The notes: a model not told the origin generated them from the letters alone. 64,000 nucleotides of DNA from an uncultured Phycisphaerales bacterium (GCA_963755915.1 CAVWLP010000002.1:800001-864000); one strand, 5' to 3'. Shown: positions 1-10,963, counted from the first letter of the stretch. Program-made: numbers and translations.

Positions 1-536
1 TCGAGCACGATGAAATGCCAGCCGGCGGCATCGAAACTAAAGTAGGTTCGGGGATAGCCGAATTCATCGAGGAACCATTTTTTGCCGAAAAACGATTCAT
101 TTCCGGTGGCCTGGCAAGCCTGCTTGTCGCGGCCGAAGATGTCGTGGTTGCCGATGGTGTGGTGGATGGGAAGAGAGGAGGGGACATTGTCGGCGAGGAT
201 TTTGCCGTAGAGGGACCAGAGCATGGAGGAGCGAGGCTGTGGGGTTGAGGCGGTGTCCATGGGCATGTCGCCGCCGACGATGAGCATCTGCGGTGGATCC
301 TTGAGGGACATCATGTGCTGAAAGGCAGAGGTCATACCCTTTCCGCCGCGGAGTTCGGGCTGGACGTGGATATCGGTGGGATGAGCGAAGCGGAGGACGC
401 GGGGAGAAGAGCCGTTTGGGACAGGAATTTCCTGGGCCGGGGCATCCAAATCGAAGAGCCAGCCGCCGGCGGTGGCGGCGGCCACTGTGACGGCACAGCG
501 TTTAATCATCGACCGGCGCGAGAGGAGGTGGAGCAT
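1..536 (-). CDS. Calcineurin-like metallophosphoesterase, probably Tat-exported; 3' end lies outside the window
   Basis: Manual translation from ATG 536: MLHLLSRRSMIKR (twin-Arg-like leader), then HPTDIH, VGGDM and TIGNHD motifs. Absent from the ORF track because it has no stop in the window. Confidence 0.85.
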   Translation of the reverse strand, partial: MLHLLSRRSMIKRCAVTVAAATAGGWLFDLDAPAQEIPVPNGSSPRVLRFAHPTDIHVQPELRGGKGMTSAFQHMMSLKDPPQMLIVGGDMPMDTASTPQPRSSMLWSLYGKILADNVPSSLPIHHTIGNHDIFGRDKQACQATGNESFFGKKWFLDEFGYPRTYFSFDAAGWHFIVL

Positions 537-699
537 AAGAAGCGGATTTGATGCAGGCGTGTTTGGGTCTCAGGAGCATTTGATAAAGAGCGGATTAATT
601 CCGATTTTGGACCGGCGCGGATAGCGATTGCGACAGAATGCGGGGGAAAACGAAGAATTCAGTTTCGTTAAGCGATTGAATCAATGGGGCTTACGCGCC

Positions 700-736
700 T
701 TAATGAACTATTCACAGTCCACTCTTGGTTCATTAA
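700..736. promoter_or_regulatory. Perfect 9-bp inverted repeat in a divergent intergenic region (candidate operator)
   Basis: TTAATGAAC (700-708), 19-nt spacer, GTTCATTAA (728-736), between the phosphoesterase and prepilin genes. Confidence 0.4.
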
Positions 737-790
737 ACAGCATTGAAAGCGCGCTTGCTATATAGCTTGACCAGAGAAACGGAAAGGTAA

Positions 791-1666
791 ATGGCGATTA
801 CATCAAAAGAACGCCGTGGGGGCGGGTTCACACTCGTGGAACTGTTGGTCGTTATTGGAATTATCGCAATATTGGTGGGTGTTCTCCTCCCGGCACTGAA
901 TAAGGCGAGAAAAGCGGCGAACGAAGTGAAGTGCATGAGCAATTTTCGCCAATTCGGCGTGGCGTACCAGAACTACGCCAACATTAACGATGGAGAAATG
1001 CCGGACGACGGGACTGGAGACGGCAACACGTCGGCCGCTCCGGTTGGTTCCTGGGATGATCCGCAATTCTGGTGGAACGCGCTTCCTCCGCTGATGTCAG
1101 CGAAGCCTTATTGGCAGCTTCAGCAATTGGGGACCCCGATCCTGCCGGGTTATGCGGACAACAGCATTTGGACCTGCCCCGAAGCCGGTCAGGCGGTGGG
1201 GGGAACCCAGGATTACCCGGTTACGCAGGATGGATTCTTCCAGATGTGGGGATATCCGAGCGGCAACACAATTCCCGCGCCGCTGGGGACGGCGGCGGTG
1301 GTGCAAAAAGTCTATTGGTGCTACGTGATCAACTCAAAATTGAATGACACGCACCCCGCGACGCGGATGTCGCAGCTTCGACCGGCGGCGTGCGTCGTAC
1401 TCATGGTGGAAAAAATGATGAACCCGGGGGACGTCGTGCAACCCGTGCCGCAGGGGATTTCCGTCACTTCACTGGGCCGTTGCAAAACAAGCTATACGCG
1501 CTTCACCGCCCGGCATCGCAAGGGCGGCTTTATTCTCTTCGCGGACGGTCATGTCGAATGGTTTACGCAAGCGCAGATCGCGACGCCTAATAATCCAAGT
1601 GCCGCGATCACGGACTACAACCATTATCCGAACATCATTTTCAATCCCTGGGGCCCTGCGAACTAG
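791..1666 (+). CDS. Prepilin-type N-terminal cleavage/methylation protein with H-X9-DG motif (DUF1559-like)
   Basis: [29 protein letters not shown] at the N-terminus; [13 protein letters not shown] near the C-terminus. Confidence 0.93.
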   Translation: MAITSKERRGGGFTLVELLVVIGIIAILVGVLLPALNKARKAANEVKCMSNFRQFGVAYQNYANINDGEMPDDGTGDGNTSAAPVGSWDDPQFWWNALPPLMSAKPYWQLQQLGTPILPGYADNSIWTCPEAGQAVGGTQDYPVTQDGFFQMWGYPSGNTIPAPLGTAAVVQKVYWCYVINSKLNDTHPATRMSQLRPAACVVLMVEKMMNPGDVVQPVPQGISVTSLGRCKTSYTRFTARHRKGGFILFADGHVEWFTQAQIATPNNPSAAITDYNHYPNIIFNPWGPAN

Positions 1667-1687
1667 TTGTATGTTTTGGAGCGGAGA

Positions 1688-4111
1688 ATGAGAAAAGGCA
1701 AAAATATTTCGAAACTGGCTGTCGCGACCGCGGCAATCGCTTGCGCAAATCGGGCGATGGCACAGTTCACGGGGTTTCAATCCCCCAATGATCTGGTGGT
1801 TGTCGAAGTCACCGACAACGGAATCGCGGGGAACGAAGATGCGGTTTCGCTTCAGGAGTTCACGACCTCGGGGACGGCGGTGGGAAATCCACTGAACTTG
1901 CCGACCGCAAACGGTTCGGCATTAACGCTGCCCGATATTTCAGACCATGACGGGCAGCTTGAACTTTCGGCGAACAAGAAATTTCTCGAGTTGGGCGCCT
2001 ACCTGGCGAATGTTGGTTCGCCCGCGGCAAACGGGGAAACACCGGAAGAGGCGCCGAGGGTGATTTCCGACATTTCCGCCAGCGGCGCGATCAATTCCAC
2101 AACGCAGTTGTCAGGCCAGGACGATTACAACAGTGTTTCGCTTCGCTCGGTGGCATCTGTGGACGGCCTTGAATTCTGGACGACCGGGAACGATGACAAG
2201 CCGTACACTGATCCGGTCAACGGCGACGTCGGCGGACTTCGATATTCAACGCTGGGCGCGACGACTTCGACCGGAATGAACGACGGGAACGGGTTCGATA
2301 ATCGAACCGCGACGATCTACGACGACACGCTTTATGTGGATACGGGTTCGGACAACAGCCCGGGAGGCGCGCATACGCTGTATCAGGTGGGCTCGGGCGG
2401 ATATCCGCTGCCGACGAACGGGCCGAGTTTCTCCGCCCTGCCGCTGTCCGGAGGGGGCGATATTCCCGGCAACCAGAGCCAGCAGTTCGTAACGCTGGCC
2501 AACGGAACGGAAGTTCTGTACGAGACGAACAGCACCCAGGGGGCGGTTGATAAGCTGGTCTATACCACCTCCGGATGGGTGTACGAAGGGGACGCCCTGA
2601 TAAGCGGCGTTGAAGATCTCGCGGTCTCAGTCAGCGGTAATACGGTCAACCTTTACTCGAGCACCGATGGTGGCGTCTATGATTTAACGGATTCGGGCGG
2701 GAACGGGCCATTTAGCTCAACCGCGTTCAATTCCCTGATCACTCCGGGGGCAAATGCGCAATTCCGGGGAATTTCGTTTGCGCCGCTTAGCACGATCGAC
2801 AGCGATTGGGGACTTGCCACCGGCGGAACGTGGAGCACCTATGTCGATTGGGACAACGGCGTTCCCTGGAGCCCCGGAGACACGGCGACCTTTGGCGGCG
2901 CGCTGAGCTCCTCCGGATCAGTTACCCTAGACGGCAACTGGACCATCGGACATGTCATCTTTAACAATTCCTCTGCAAGCTACACCATCGCGACAGGAAG
3001 CCCGACGGGAACGCTCACACTCAACGACGCGGGCGGAACCGGAGCGGCGGACATTACCGTCGACGCGGGCTCGCACACGATTTCGGCGCCGGTGTCGCTG
3101 ACCAACGGCGGAACGCTGAACACCGCCACCAATACGAGCCTGACTATCAGCGGGGCGATTTCAGGATCGGGCGGATTGATCGCCGCGGGCAGCGGGACCG
3201 CGTTCCTGTCGGGAGGCAACTCCTATTCCGGCGGGACGACGGTCAACGCGGGGGCGACGCTTGTGGCCAGCGTCACGGGCGCACTGCCGGGCGATTCGGC
3301 GCTGACGAACAACGGGGCGGCACACATCAACGGCAATCAGGTGCTCAGCTCATTGAGCGGCAGCGGGACGATTTATGTCGGCAGCGGGGTCGCCAACACG
3401 GTTCAACTCGCGACCGGAAGCGGCAAGGCCACGCAGGGGGGAGTCGTTCTATCCGGAAATTCCACTCTCGACATCACCAATAACCACCTGATCATTTCCT
3501 ATTCGGGCAGCGACCCGATGGGGACGATTTATGGTTACCTCAAGAGCGGGTTCAACAACGGAAGCTGGACGGGCCTGGGAATCGTTTCGTCAACCGCGGC
3601 GACGCAAGACGCAACAACGGGGGCGTTGAAATATGGGGTGGGGTTCGCGGACGGAAACGATGGCACGCATAACGTCGCCGGTCTTTCCAGCGGGCAGATC
3701 GAATTGAAATATACGTTGCTGGGGGATGCGAATCTGGACGGCTCGGTAAACGGGAGCGATTTCAGCATCCTGGCGGCGAACTTTGGGCTCGGGGCGACCA
3801 ACTGGGATCAGGGAAATTTCCTGTTCAGCTCCTCGGTTAATGGAAGCGATTTCAGCGCGCTGGCTGCCAACTTTGGTCAGGGGGACAACGGAGCGGACGC
3901 GGTTTTGCCGGCGGATCTGGCGGCGTTGGACGCCTTTGCTGCCGCCAACGGGTTACCGCAGCCGGTGATCGCGGCGGTGCCGGAACCCGCGTCGGTCGGG
4001 GTATTGTCGCTGGCCTGCGGGGGATTGCTTCTTCGAAGAAAACGAAATCCTCGAATTTCACACGTTAGAGGCCCTGCAATTCAAGATTTTTCTGAAGGGC
4101 CGTTCATGTAA
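1688..4111 (+). CDS. Secreted PEP-CTERM protein with an autotransporter-type beta-strand repeat and a dockerin-like C-terminal module
   Basis: Signal peptide; GSGTAFLSGGNSYSGGTTVNAG repeat; LLGDANLDGSVNGSDFSILAANFG; VPEP, hydrophobic stretch, RRKR. Confidence 0.9.
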   Translation: MRKGKNISKLAVATAAIACANRAMAQFTGFQSPNDLVVVEVTDNGIAGNEDAVSLQEFTTSGTAVGNPLNLPTANGSALTLPDISDHDGQLELSANKKFLELGAYLANVGSPAANGETPEEAPRVISDISASGAINSTTQLSGQDDYNSVSLRSVASVDGLEFWTTGNDDKPYTDPVNGDVGGLRYSTLGATTSTGMNDGNGFDNRTATIYDDTLYVDTGSDNSPGGAHTLYQVGSGGYPLPTNGPSFSALPLSGGGDIPGNQSQQFVTLANGTEVLYETNSTQGAVDKLVYTTSGWVYEGDALISGVEDLAVSVSGNTVNLYSSTDGGVYDLTDSGGNGPFSSTAFNSLITPGANAQFRGISFAPLSTIDSDWGLATGGTWSTYVDWDNGVPWSPGDTATFGGALSSSGSVTLDGNWTIGHVIFNNSSASYTIATGSPTGTLTLNDAGGTGAADITVDAGSHTISAPVSLTNGGTLNTATNTSLTISGAISGSGGLIAAGSGTAFLSGGNSYSGGTTVNAGATLVASVTGALPGDSALTNNGAAHINGNQVLSSLSGSGTIYVGSGVANTVQLATGSGKATQGGVVLSGNSTLDITNNHLIISYSGSDPMGTIYGYLKSGFNNGSWTGLGIVSSTAATQDATTGALKYGVGFADGNDGTHNVAGLSSGQIELKYTLLGDANLDGSVNGSDFSILAANFGLGATNWDQGNFLFSSSVNGSDFSALAANFGQGDNGADAVLPADLAALDAFAAANGLPQPVIAAVPEPASVGVLSLACGGLLLRRKRNPRISHVRGPAIQDFSEGPFM

Positions 4112-4171
4112 CAGGTCCGCCGATGTTCGGCCGGACGAAGCGTTTATTTCTTCCATTTAAGGAGGTTGATC

Positions 4172-5401
4172 ATGCGACCAAAGGTTTCTAAACAACTGGT
4201 GTTCCTGGCAGCGGCGGTTGCCGCGGCGGGAATGGGATCGGTGGTTCGAGCGGATTTGACGACGTTCACTCCGGGCGACCTGGTGGTGCTGGATGGCACT
4301 TCGCAGGCGGAAGACACGGGAACTGTCCCCGCCGTCCTGCTGGAATATACGCCCACCGGCACCCTGGTGGGGCAGTTGACGGTTCCGTCGTCAGCATCGG
4401 GATCAAACAATCCCTTGACGTTGAACAACGCATCGGCCGTGAGCCTCAGCCATGAAGGCGTATTAACGCTTTCGGAAAACGGGCAATGGCTGGCCTTCGC
4501 AGGATACGACGCGACCCCTGGCGCCACGACGGCGCCGAATGATACCACCGGCACGGTTGCGGAAGTGAACCTATTCGCCCCGACTCTTTCGGTTAACACT
4601 TCGACGACGATCGCAGACGGTGGGACCAACGTGCGAGCGGCGACGACGATCGACGGCAACGAGTTCTGGGTTGCCGAGGCTCACGGCACATCCTCATCCG
4701 GTCCGGGTGGGCTGAGCTATATCAGCGGGACAGGCGCCGGCGCGACGGTGACGAACCTGGGCGGCACGCTGGATCCGCGCGCCGTCACCGTCCTTGGCGG
4801 AGCCAATCCGAGCACGGGTGTTCTTGTCGCGGGCTCGGGATCGAGCAGCTTCGCCGGCTTCGGCGGGACGGGCCATGGCGTCTACGGCTTGACCGCCAGC
4901 GGCGGTGGGCTACCGACGGCTACGCCGATCGCCGGTTCTCAAATCAATGGCGACGCCAGCGATGGGAACGACGAGATTTTCACCAACGAGCCGGGGGATA
5001 CGAACAGCTACAACGGCTACAACACGCTGTTCATCGCGGCCAATACCAGTGGCGTCGCGGGATTCATCGAGAAATATGAGTACAACGGATCGCTATTTGA
5101 GCCGGTCGGATCGATCGTCGATACAGCCGGCACTGTGCTTCCGATTGGACTCACGACACAGTTGGACGCCACAACCGGCAACGTGGATGTGTTCTACACC
5201 GAACCAACGGGCATCTACGAGCTGAACACCGCGGACAACGCGACGAGTGGTTTCATTTCCAGCACCTCATCGCTGGTGGCCAGCGCTCCGAGCGACACGG
5301 CCTTTTATGGGATTTCCAATGTTCCCGAGCCGGCATCGGCAGGACTGGCTGCGCTGAGCGCTTTTGGGCTGCTTGCCCGGCGGCGCAGCCGCAAGGCGTG
5401 A
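4172..5401 (+). CDS. Secreted PEP-CTERM protein whose domain is paralogous to the N-terminal half of the upstream gene
   Basis: AGGAGG RBS near 4160; signal peptide; shared DLVV..L.E(F/Y)T..GT and H(D/E)G.L.LS.N motifs; ends VPEPASAGLAALSAFGLLARRRSRKA. Confidence 0.9.
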   Translation: MRPKVSKQLVFLAAAVAAAGMGSVVRADLTTFTPGDLVVLDGTSQAEDTGTVPAVLLEYTPTGTLVGQLTVPSSASGSNNPLTLNNASAVSLSHEGVLTLSENGQWLAFAGYDATPGATTAPNDTTGTVAEVNLFAPTLSVNTSTTIADGGTNVRAATTIDGNEFWVAEAHGTSSSGPGGLSYISGTGAGATVTNLGGTLDPRAVTVLGGANPSTGVLVAGSGSSSFAGFGGTGHGVYGLTASGGGLPTATPIAGSQINGDASDGNDEIFTNEPGDTNSYNGYNTLFIAANTSGVAGFIEKYEYNGSLFEPVGSIVDTAGTVLPIGLTTQLDATTGNVDVFYTEPTGIYELNTADNATSGFISSTSSLVASAPSDTAFYGISNVPEPASAGLAALSAFGLLARRRSRKA

Positions 5402-5435
5402 TCGCCGGAAAATCGTTCCTGTGTATTGCCCACCG

Positions 5436-5470
5436 GGAGCGGAGTGGCTCATCCACTCCGCTCCTTTTTT
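5436..5470 (+). terminator. Rho-independent terminator
   Basis: 12-bp perfect stem GGAGCGGAGTGG/CCACTCCGCTCC followed by T6. Confidence 0.85.
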
Positions 5471-6245
5471 ATTGGTGATCTGAAGCGGCCTGGGTTTCGA
5501 GCGTTTTGGCGATGGCGCGGAGATGGTCTTCCTCCCATGAGGAGACGCCGCCGTTGTTGGAGAATCTGACCCAGTTGTGGCCAAAGCGGCGCATTTCGTC
5601 GATGGCCTGGGAGACGGGCCAGTGCTCGTACTTGATGCGGATGTAGGCGGCGACGATGCCGGTGCGGTCGTGACCGGCGGAGCAGTGGAAGACGACGCCG
5701 CCGGTCTGGGCGCGGCGGAGGATGTCGGCGCTCACCAGGTCGAGCCAGGTTTGGACCTGGGCGTCGGTCATATATTCAAGCGAATTGGGCCCGGCGTTGT
5801 TCATAGGGTGGTCGATGAAATTGATGCCGTTTGATTCGGCGGTGGATTTTTCCAGGGCGATGCGGGTTTTGAGCTGAAGGGATTTTTGCACGTCGGCGGC
5901 GTCGGAGCCGTCGGCGTGGTCGGGGTCTTCAAGGCAAATGATGGTGCGGATGCCAAGGTCATAGAGATGATGGATGCGCACCTGGGCGATGGCGGCCTGG
6001 CGATCGGCATCGCTGGGCATGGTGGTGGGCGTGCCAAGATCGCGCACGGGGGAGGCGCAGCGGAAGATGTCGACGCGGCCGTCGATCAGGCCGAGGGAGT
6101 GGAAGTCTCTGAGGATGGGGTCCTCGGAGGGAACGCGCTCGCCGACTTTTTGGGGGGAGGGCTGGGTGGTTGGATCGGCCTGGGCGGAGATGGCAGTAAA
6201 GAGAGCGACGAAGGCGGCGATGGTGAGAATTGGCGATTTATTCAT
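5469..6245 (-). CDS. Secreted protein-tyrosine/dual-specificity phosphatase family protein
   Basis: Signal peptide ending AQA-D; C(X)5R loop HCSAGHDRTG. Confidence 0.88.
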   Translation of the reverse strand: MNKSPILTIAAFVALFTAISAQADPTTQPSPQKVGERVPSEDPILRDFHSLGLIDGRVDIFRCASPVRDLGTPTTMPSDADRQAAIAQVRIHHLYDLGIRTIICLEDPDHADGSDAADVQKSLQLKTRIALEKSTAESNGINFIDHPMNNAGPNSLEYMTDAQVQTWLDLVSADILRRAQTGGVVFHCSAGHDRTGIVAAYIRIKYEHWPVSQAIDEMRRFGHNWVRFSNNGGVSSWEEDHLRAIAKTLETQAASDHQ

Positions 6246-6357
6246 AAGGGTTTTCCCGGGCGGGATTTTCTTATGGTTTTGTTAGGAATGGTTTAAGATC
6301 GGGAAAGTTCAACGGCCGGGTTTTCATTGCGGCTTTGGCCGGCCGCGCGTTGAACGC

Positions 6358-7782
6358 TCAACCATAAAAGCGGCGCCAGACCAGGTAAAGCAGAACTGCC
6401 GACATCGTCAGGCAGGCGGCGACGGCGGCGAGGTTCAGCGCGGTGTCACGCCGGCGCGATGGTGCGAGGCGCGGAAGCTTTCGCAGGATCGCGATGGCGA
6501 TCAGAAAAAGCGGGGGCGTCAACGGAAAGAGATAGCGGCCCTGCAAGCCTTCGATTTCGGAGAGGCCCACGGGCGTCCAATAGAGGTAGTTGAGCAGCAG
6601 GATCAGAAATGTTGAAGCGAGTATCAGCGGCACGATTAGAAAGATCGCTCTCCCCGCGTACGGAATGGATGGGCTACTGGGTGCGGTCCAGCAGGCCAAA
6701 AGCAGCAGGAGCAGCCAGGCGATTACCAGGGGCGCGGGAAAAAACCCGTCGATCCAGCCGATGACGGCGACATACGTCTGGCAGACGAACCAGGGGAAAT
6801 CCCTCGCCGTGTTCCGGAGGAGACCGGGGATTCGGCCCGGATTCTGGCGGAGATAGTCGAGCTGCCGCTGCGGGGAGACGCTGGGGTCATCGGTAATCCT
6901 GGTGTTGAGGCTGGAAGTGGCGGAGGTCCAGAGAGACAGGACAAAGAGATTGACGACGATGAGCAGGGCGATCTGAGCGAATTTCCTGGGGCCGCCGCCA
7001 AAGTTTCGCGCCGGGATGAGAAACACCATCAGCAGCAGAGGCGCGTAGACGATTTTTGCCACTGAGAGCGGGAGAGAAACAAGGTGGAAAGACAGAAGCG
7101 AGCGGCGATTGACGGAATTGGCGCCGGCGACGAAATAACGGCAGACGAGGGACGTGAACAACGCAGCCAGGGCGTTGGTCAGCGTGTCGGCGGAAACGCT
7201 GGCCGCCAGCGACAGCATCGTCGGCGTGAGCAGAAGCAGAAACATCGGCCGGGCCATGACCGGGGCGGCGCAGCGAGAGGTATCCAAGCAATGCGAAGAC
7301 AACAAGATTGGATTCGCGGCTGAGATAAAAGATGATCGCGACGCGATCGAAAAACAGACGGCCTAATGCGATTCCCAGGCATTGCGGCAAATACGCCAGC
7401 GGGAAATAGTGCGCGGTGTTGCCAAACGCGAGAAAACTTTGGTGGTCGGGGTCGAGCGGAATCTTCAGCGAATCGAGGATATAGCGCGCGGAAGTTTTAA
7501 TGGCGGGCCGGTTGATCATGGGCGCGAATTGCGTGGAAAAGAGCGTCAGTCCTTCGGGGAGATATGCCCCCTGCTCCCCCTGGACGGTAGCCTGGCGTGA
7601 AATGAACTCTCCCTGGGTGATCTGCCAGGGCGCCAGAAATGTTCCGGTTCGTCGGCGGATTGAAATGGAGGATTGATGACAACCAGCGCACTGCCGACGA
7701 GCAGGGCGATGACAACAAACATCCCGGGAAGCTGAATCAGCAGCGAGCGCGAAAGAGGGCGCCCATCCGGGGGCGTGGTCAT
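6358..7782 (-). CDS. DUF2142-like polytopic membrane protein (GT-C-like), split by about 3 indels
   Basis: PPFQSADEPEHFWR at the N-terminus, YFPLAYLPQ and GLQGRY motifs, spread over ORFs 7546-7782, 6887-7519 and 6358-7305. Confidence 0.7.
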
Positions 7783-7794
7783 GCGGCTATCTTC

Positions 7795-8768
7795 TCAGCG
7801 GATGTTTTTTTCCGCCAGCCAGCGCTCGGCGTCGAGGGCGGCTTTGCAGCCCATGGCGGCGGCAGTGATGGCTTGCTTATAGGTGGGGTCGGCAACGTCG
7901 CCGGCGGCGAAAACGCCCTCGACGCTGGTCGTGGTGCGAAAGGGGTCGGCGAGGAAGATGAAGCCCTTGGAGTCGAGCTGCAGTTGGCCGCCGAGAAACG
8001 TGGTGTTGGGCGTGTGGCCGATGGCGACGAACATGCCATGGGCCTCGATGGTGCTGGTGTCGTTGCTGATAAGATTTTTCACGCGGATTCCCTTCACACC
8101 GCCGGCGGGGTCGCCGAGGACTTCCTCGACGACGGAGTTCCAGACCGGCTTGACGTTGGGGATGGCGAGCAAACGCGCAGCCATGATTTTGAGGCGCGCA
8201 ATTCCGCCCGGCGGTGGACGAGGTAAACGGTGCTGGCGAACTTGGTGAGATGGATGGCCTCTTCGGCGGCGGAATCCCCCCCACCGACGACCACGACGGG
8301 CTGCTTGCGAAAGCGCGGCAGCGCGCCGTCGCAGACAGCGCAGGCGGAAACGCCGTGGTTTTTAAATATCTCTTCCGAGGGCAGGCCGAGGTAATTCGCG
8401 CTGGCGCCGGTGGCAATGACCAGAGCCTCCGCGGAAGCGGAATTGCCGGCGGAGTCGGTCATGGTGAAGGGGCGGCGGGAAAGATCGACTTTAACGATGT
8501 CCTGGGTAATGACGCTCGTTCCAAAGCGAACGGCCTGCTGCTGCATGGCGTCCATGAGCTCGGGGCCGAGGATGCCCTTGGGGAAGCCGGGATAATTTTC
8601 GACATCAGTGGTGGCGTTGAGCTGGCCGAGGGGTAGCGTTCCTTTCAGGCGGTTTTCCTCGCTGATGGCGCCTTCGTACAGAACGGGATTTAAATTGGCC
8701 CGGGCGGCGTAAATGGCGCACGTCCAGGCGGCGGGACCGGAACCGATGATGATGATCTTTTCGGGCAT
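7795..8768 (-). CDS. trxB: Thioredoxin reductase (one frameshift near 8190)
   Basis: [41 protein letters not shown] across two frames. Confidence 0.93.
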
Positions 8769-8825
8769 ATCTGAATTCTAGGCGAGCCGAACGGTTTGGG
8801 AAACGGCGCGTGAACGGGGAACGCT

Positions 8826-9203
8826 TTAGAAGTGATAACCCTTCTTTTCGGAGTCCGTGGGGCCGGCGAAGAGGAAAAACGCGAAACCGATGCCGATGAT
8901 GCCGAAGCCGATGCCCATCGAAATGAGGGTAAGGTTGTCGAAGTGGTGCATGAGGACGAGCCAGCCGGCGCCGGTCAAAATAATGAAGAGGCAGCCGAAC
9001 ATGCGAAGCCAGTAGAAGAGCCTTTCGGAAAATGTGAGCTTGCGCGGCGGCTCTTGCTTCCTTTGCGGCGCAATTTGCGGCGCAACAGGCTGGGCGGGAA
9101 CAACCCGGCGATATTCAATGACCTGCGGCGGTGGCTGGACCGGAAGGTTTTGGCTCGGCGGGATGACCAGATCGTATGTGGAATCGGAAGGGTCGGTGGA
9201 CAT
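8826..9203 (-). CDS. Small two-TM membrane protein
   Basis: Pro-rich N-terminus, two hydrophobic segments, same strand as neighbours. Confidence 0.65.
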   Translation of the reverse strand: MSTDPSDSTYDLVIPPSQNLPVQPPPQVIEYRRVVPAQPVAPQIAPQRKQEPPRKLTFSERLFYWLRMFGCLFIILTGAGWLVLMHHFDNLTLISMGIGFGIIGIGFAFFLFAGPTDSEKKGYHF

Positions 9204-9324
9204 GGTAAACGCTCCGAATTCGACGTGACGGAGTCGCGGCTATTATATTGTTGACACCATCGCGCCGCAAAAGATTTCGTCGCGTAGAGGAATGAGTGTG
9301 TGCCCAATTTGCGAAAAGGGTCTA

Positions 9325-9353
9325 CCCCCTCTCTCTGAGTACAGGGCGAGGGG
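9325..9353. repeat. Degenerate intergenic copy of the AGTA-loop palindrome
   Basis: CCCCTCTCTCTG-AGTA-CAGGGCGAGGGG, resembling the copies at 30755 and 35720. Confidence 0.5.
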
Positions 9354-9409
9354 AGAAGACGCGAATGCGTCGAAGGTTAAAGGGGTGGCGATAAGAAGAT
9401 TTGATGCGA

Positions 9410-9889
9410 TCACGCCGTTGGCGGAGCAAAGAATGCCTCCGCCCGATCGGCCAGGGCATGCTTCAAGCGCATCTGGTGATCCTCGCGCAGTGGCGGTAAC
9501 GCGTCGAGGGGAAAATAGGCGACGTCGAGGGATTCATCGTCGTTGACGTGCGGCTCACCGCTGAGGGGTTTGCAGAGAAAAGAAATCGTGAAGTAGATGC
9601 ACTGGTCGCCGTTGGGGTAGGTGATTTCCGGGCCGGCGTAGACGCCGGTGACGCGTACGGGTTCCACGCGAACGGCGGTCTCCTCGAAGACTTCGCGGAC
9701 GACGGCGTCGGCGGGCTCTTCGAGGGGGTCGACGAACCCGCCGATCGTCAGCCAGGTGCCGGTGTCGCAGCTCTTGTGAAGAAGTTGCTCGCGGCGGTCG
9801 TTGATGACGATGGCGTTAATCGCGGGAAGGTAAAGCTTGCCGTGGCCGATCTGGCGGCGGATTTCGCGGATGTACGGCGGAATGGGCAT
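9410..9889 (-). CDS. NUDIX hydrolase
   Basis: GGFVDPLEEPADAVVREVFEET Nudix box. Confidence 0.9.
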   Translation of the reverse strand: MPIPPYIREIRRQIGHGKLYLPAINAIVINDRREQLLHKSCDTGTWLTIGGFVDPLEEPADAVVREVFEETAVRVEPVRVTGVYAGPEITYPNGDQCIYFTISFLCKPLSGEPHVNDDESLDVAYFPLDALPPLREDHQMRLKHALADRAEAFFAPPTA

Positions 9890-9897
9890 TAGCGCCG

Positions 9898-10963
9898 TTA
9901 TCCGAGTTTGGCGAGCATCGCCTCAGTTACCTGCGATGTCGTCGCGGTTCCGCCGAGATCGCGGGTGTGATTTTTGGGATCGGCGACGACGGCGCGGCAG
10001 GCGTCGTTCACAGCGACCGCGGCCTGCAGCTGATTCAGAAATTCGAGCATCATCGCGATCGAAAGAAACGTGGCGATAGGATTGGCGAAATTCTTGCCGG
10101 CAATATCTGGAGCGCTGCCATGCACCGGCTCAAACATGCTGGCGGCCTGGCGCGTGGGGTTGAGGTTGGCGCTGCCGGCCATCCCCATGCCGCCCTGAAT
10201 CGCGGCGCCAAGGTCGGTGATGATGTCGCCGAACATGTTGGTGGTTACGATCACGTCATAAATTTTCGGCTTGGTCACCATATACATCGTGCAGGCGTCG
10301 ACGTGGTGATAATCGGTCTGGATCGCCGGATATTCCGCTTTCACCTGCTCGAAAGCGCGGAGCCAGAGGTTGTGGGCGAAGCGCAGGACGTTGGTCTTGG
10401 CGACGAGGGTGACTTTCTTGCGGTTAAACTTTTTCGCGTATTCGAATGCATAGCGGATGCAGCGCTCGACGCCGTGCCGGGTGGTGACTTCGATCTGGTT
10501 GGCGACTTCGTGGGGGGTGTCTTTGTAGAGGAACCCGCCATTGCCGGCGTAAAGCCCCTCGGTGTTTTCGCGGACGATGACCATGTTGATGTCATCGGGG
10601 CCGGCAGCGGATCGGTGTCGGAACGCCGGGCAAAAGGCGAGTGGGGCGGAGGTTGATAAACTGATCCAGCTCAAAGCGCATTTTGAGGAGGATTTCGGTT
10701 TCGAGGATTCCCTGGGGGATTTGGGCGGAGCCGCGCGGATCGACGCCAACGGCACCGAAAAGGATGGCATCGTGGGCGGCCAGCTCCTTAAGCGCCGTGT
10801 CGGGAAGGGTTTGGCCGGTTTTGAGGTAATGTTCACCGCCGAAGGGGTAGTCGGTGGTGGAATACTTGAAATTGAACTTGCGGGCGACGTGCTGAAGGAT
10901 GGAAAGACCAGCGGGGACGACTTCTTTTCCGACTCCATCGCCGGGCATGACAGCAATTTTCAT
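9898..10963 (-). CDS. leuB: 3-isopropylmalate dehydrogenase / isocitrate-isopropylmalate dehydrogenase family (frameshift near 10605)
   Basis: MPGDGVGKEV, RENTEG, TNMFGDIITD, FEPVHGSAPDIAG. Confidence 0.82.

Noticed and set aside
668-694. TAAG...CTTA dyad resembling a tyrosine-recombinase site
   Set aside because: Short and degenerate, with no recombinase or partner site nearby.
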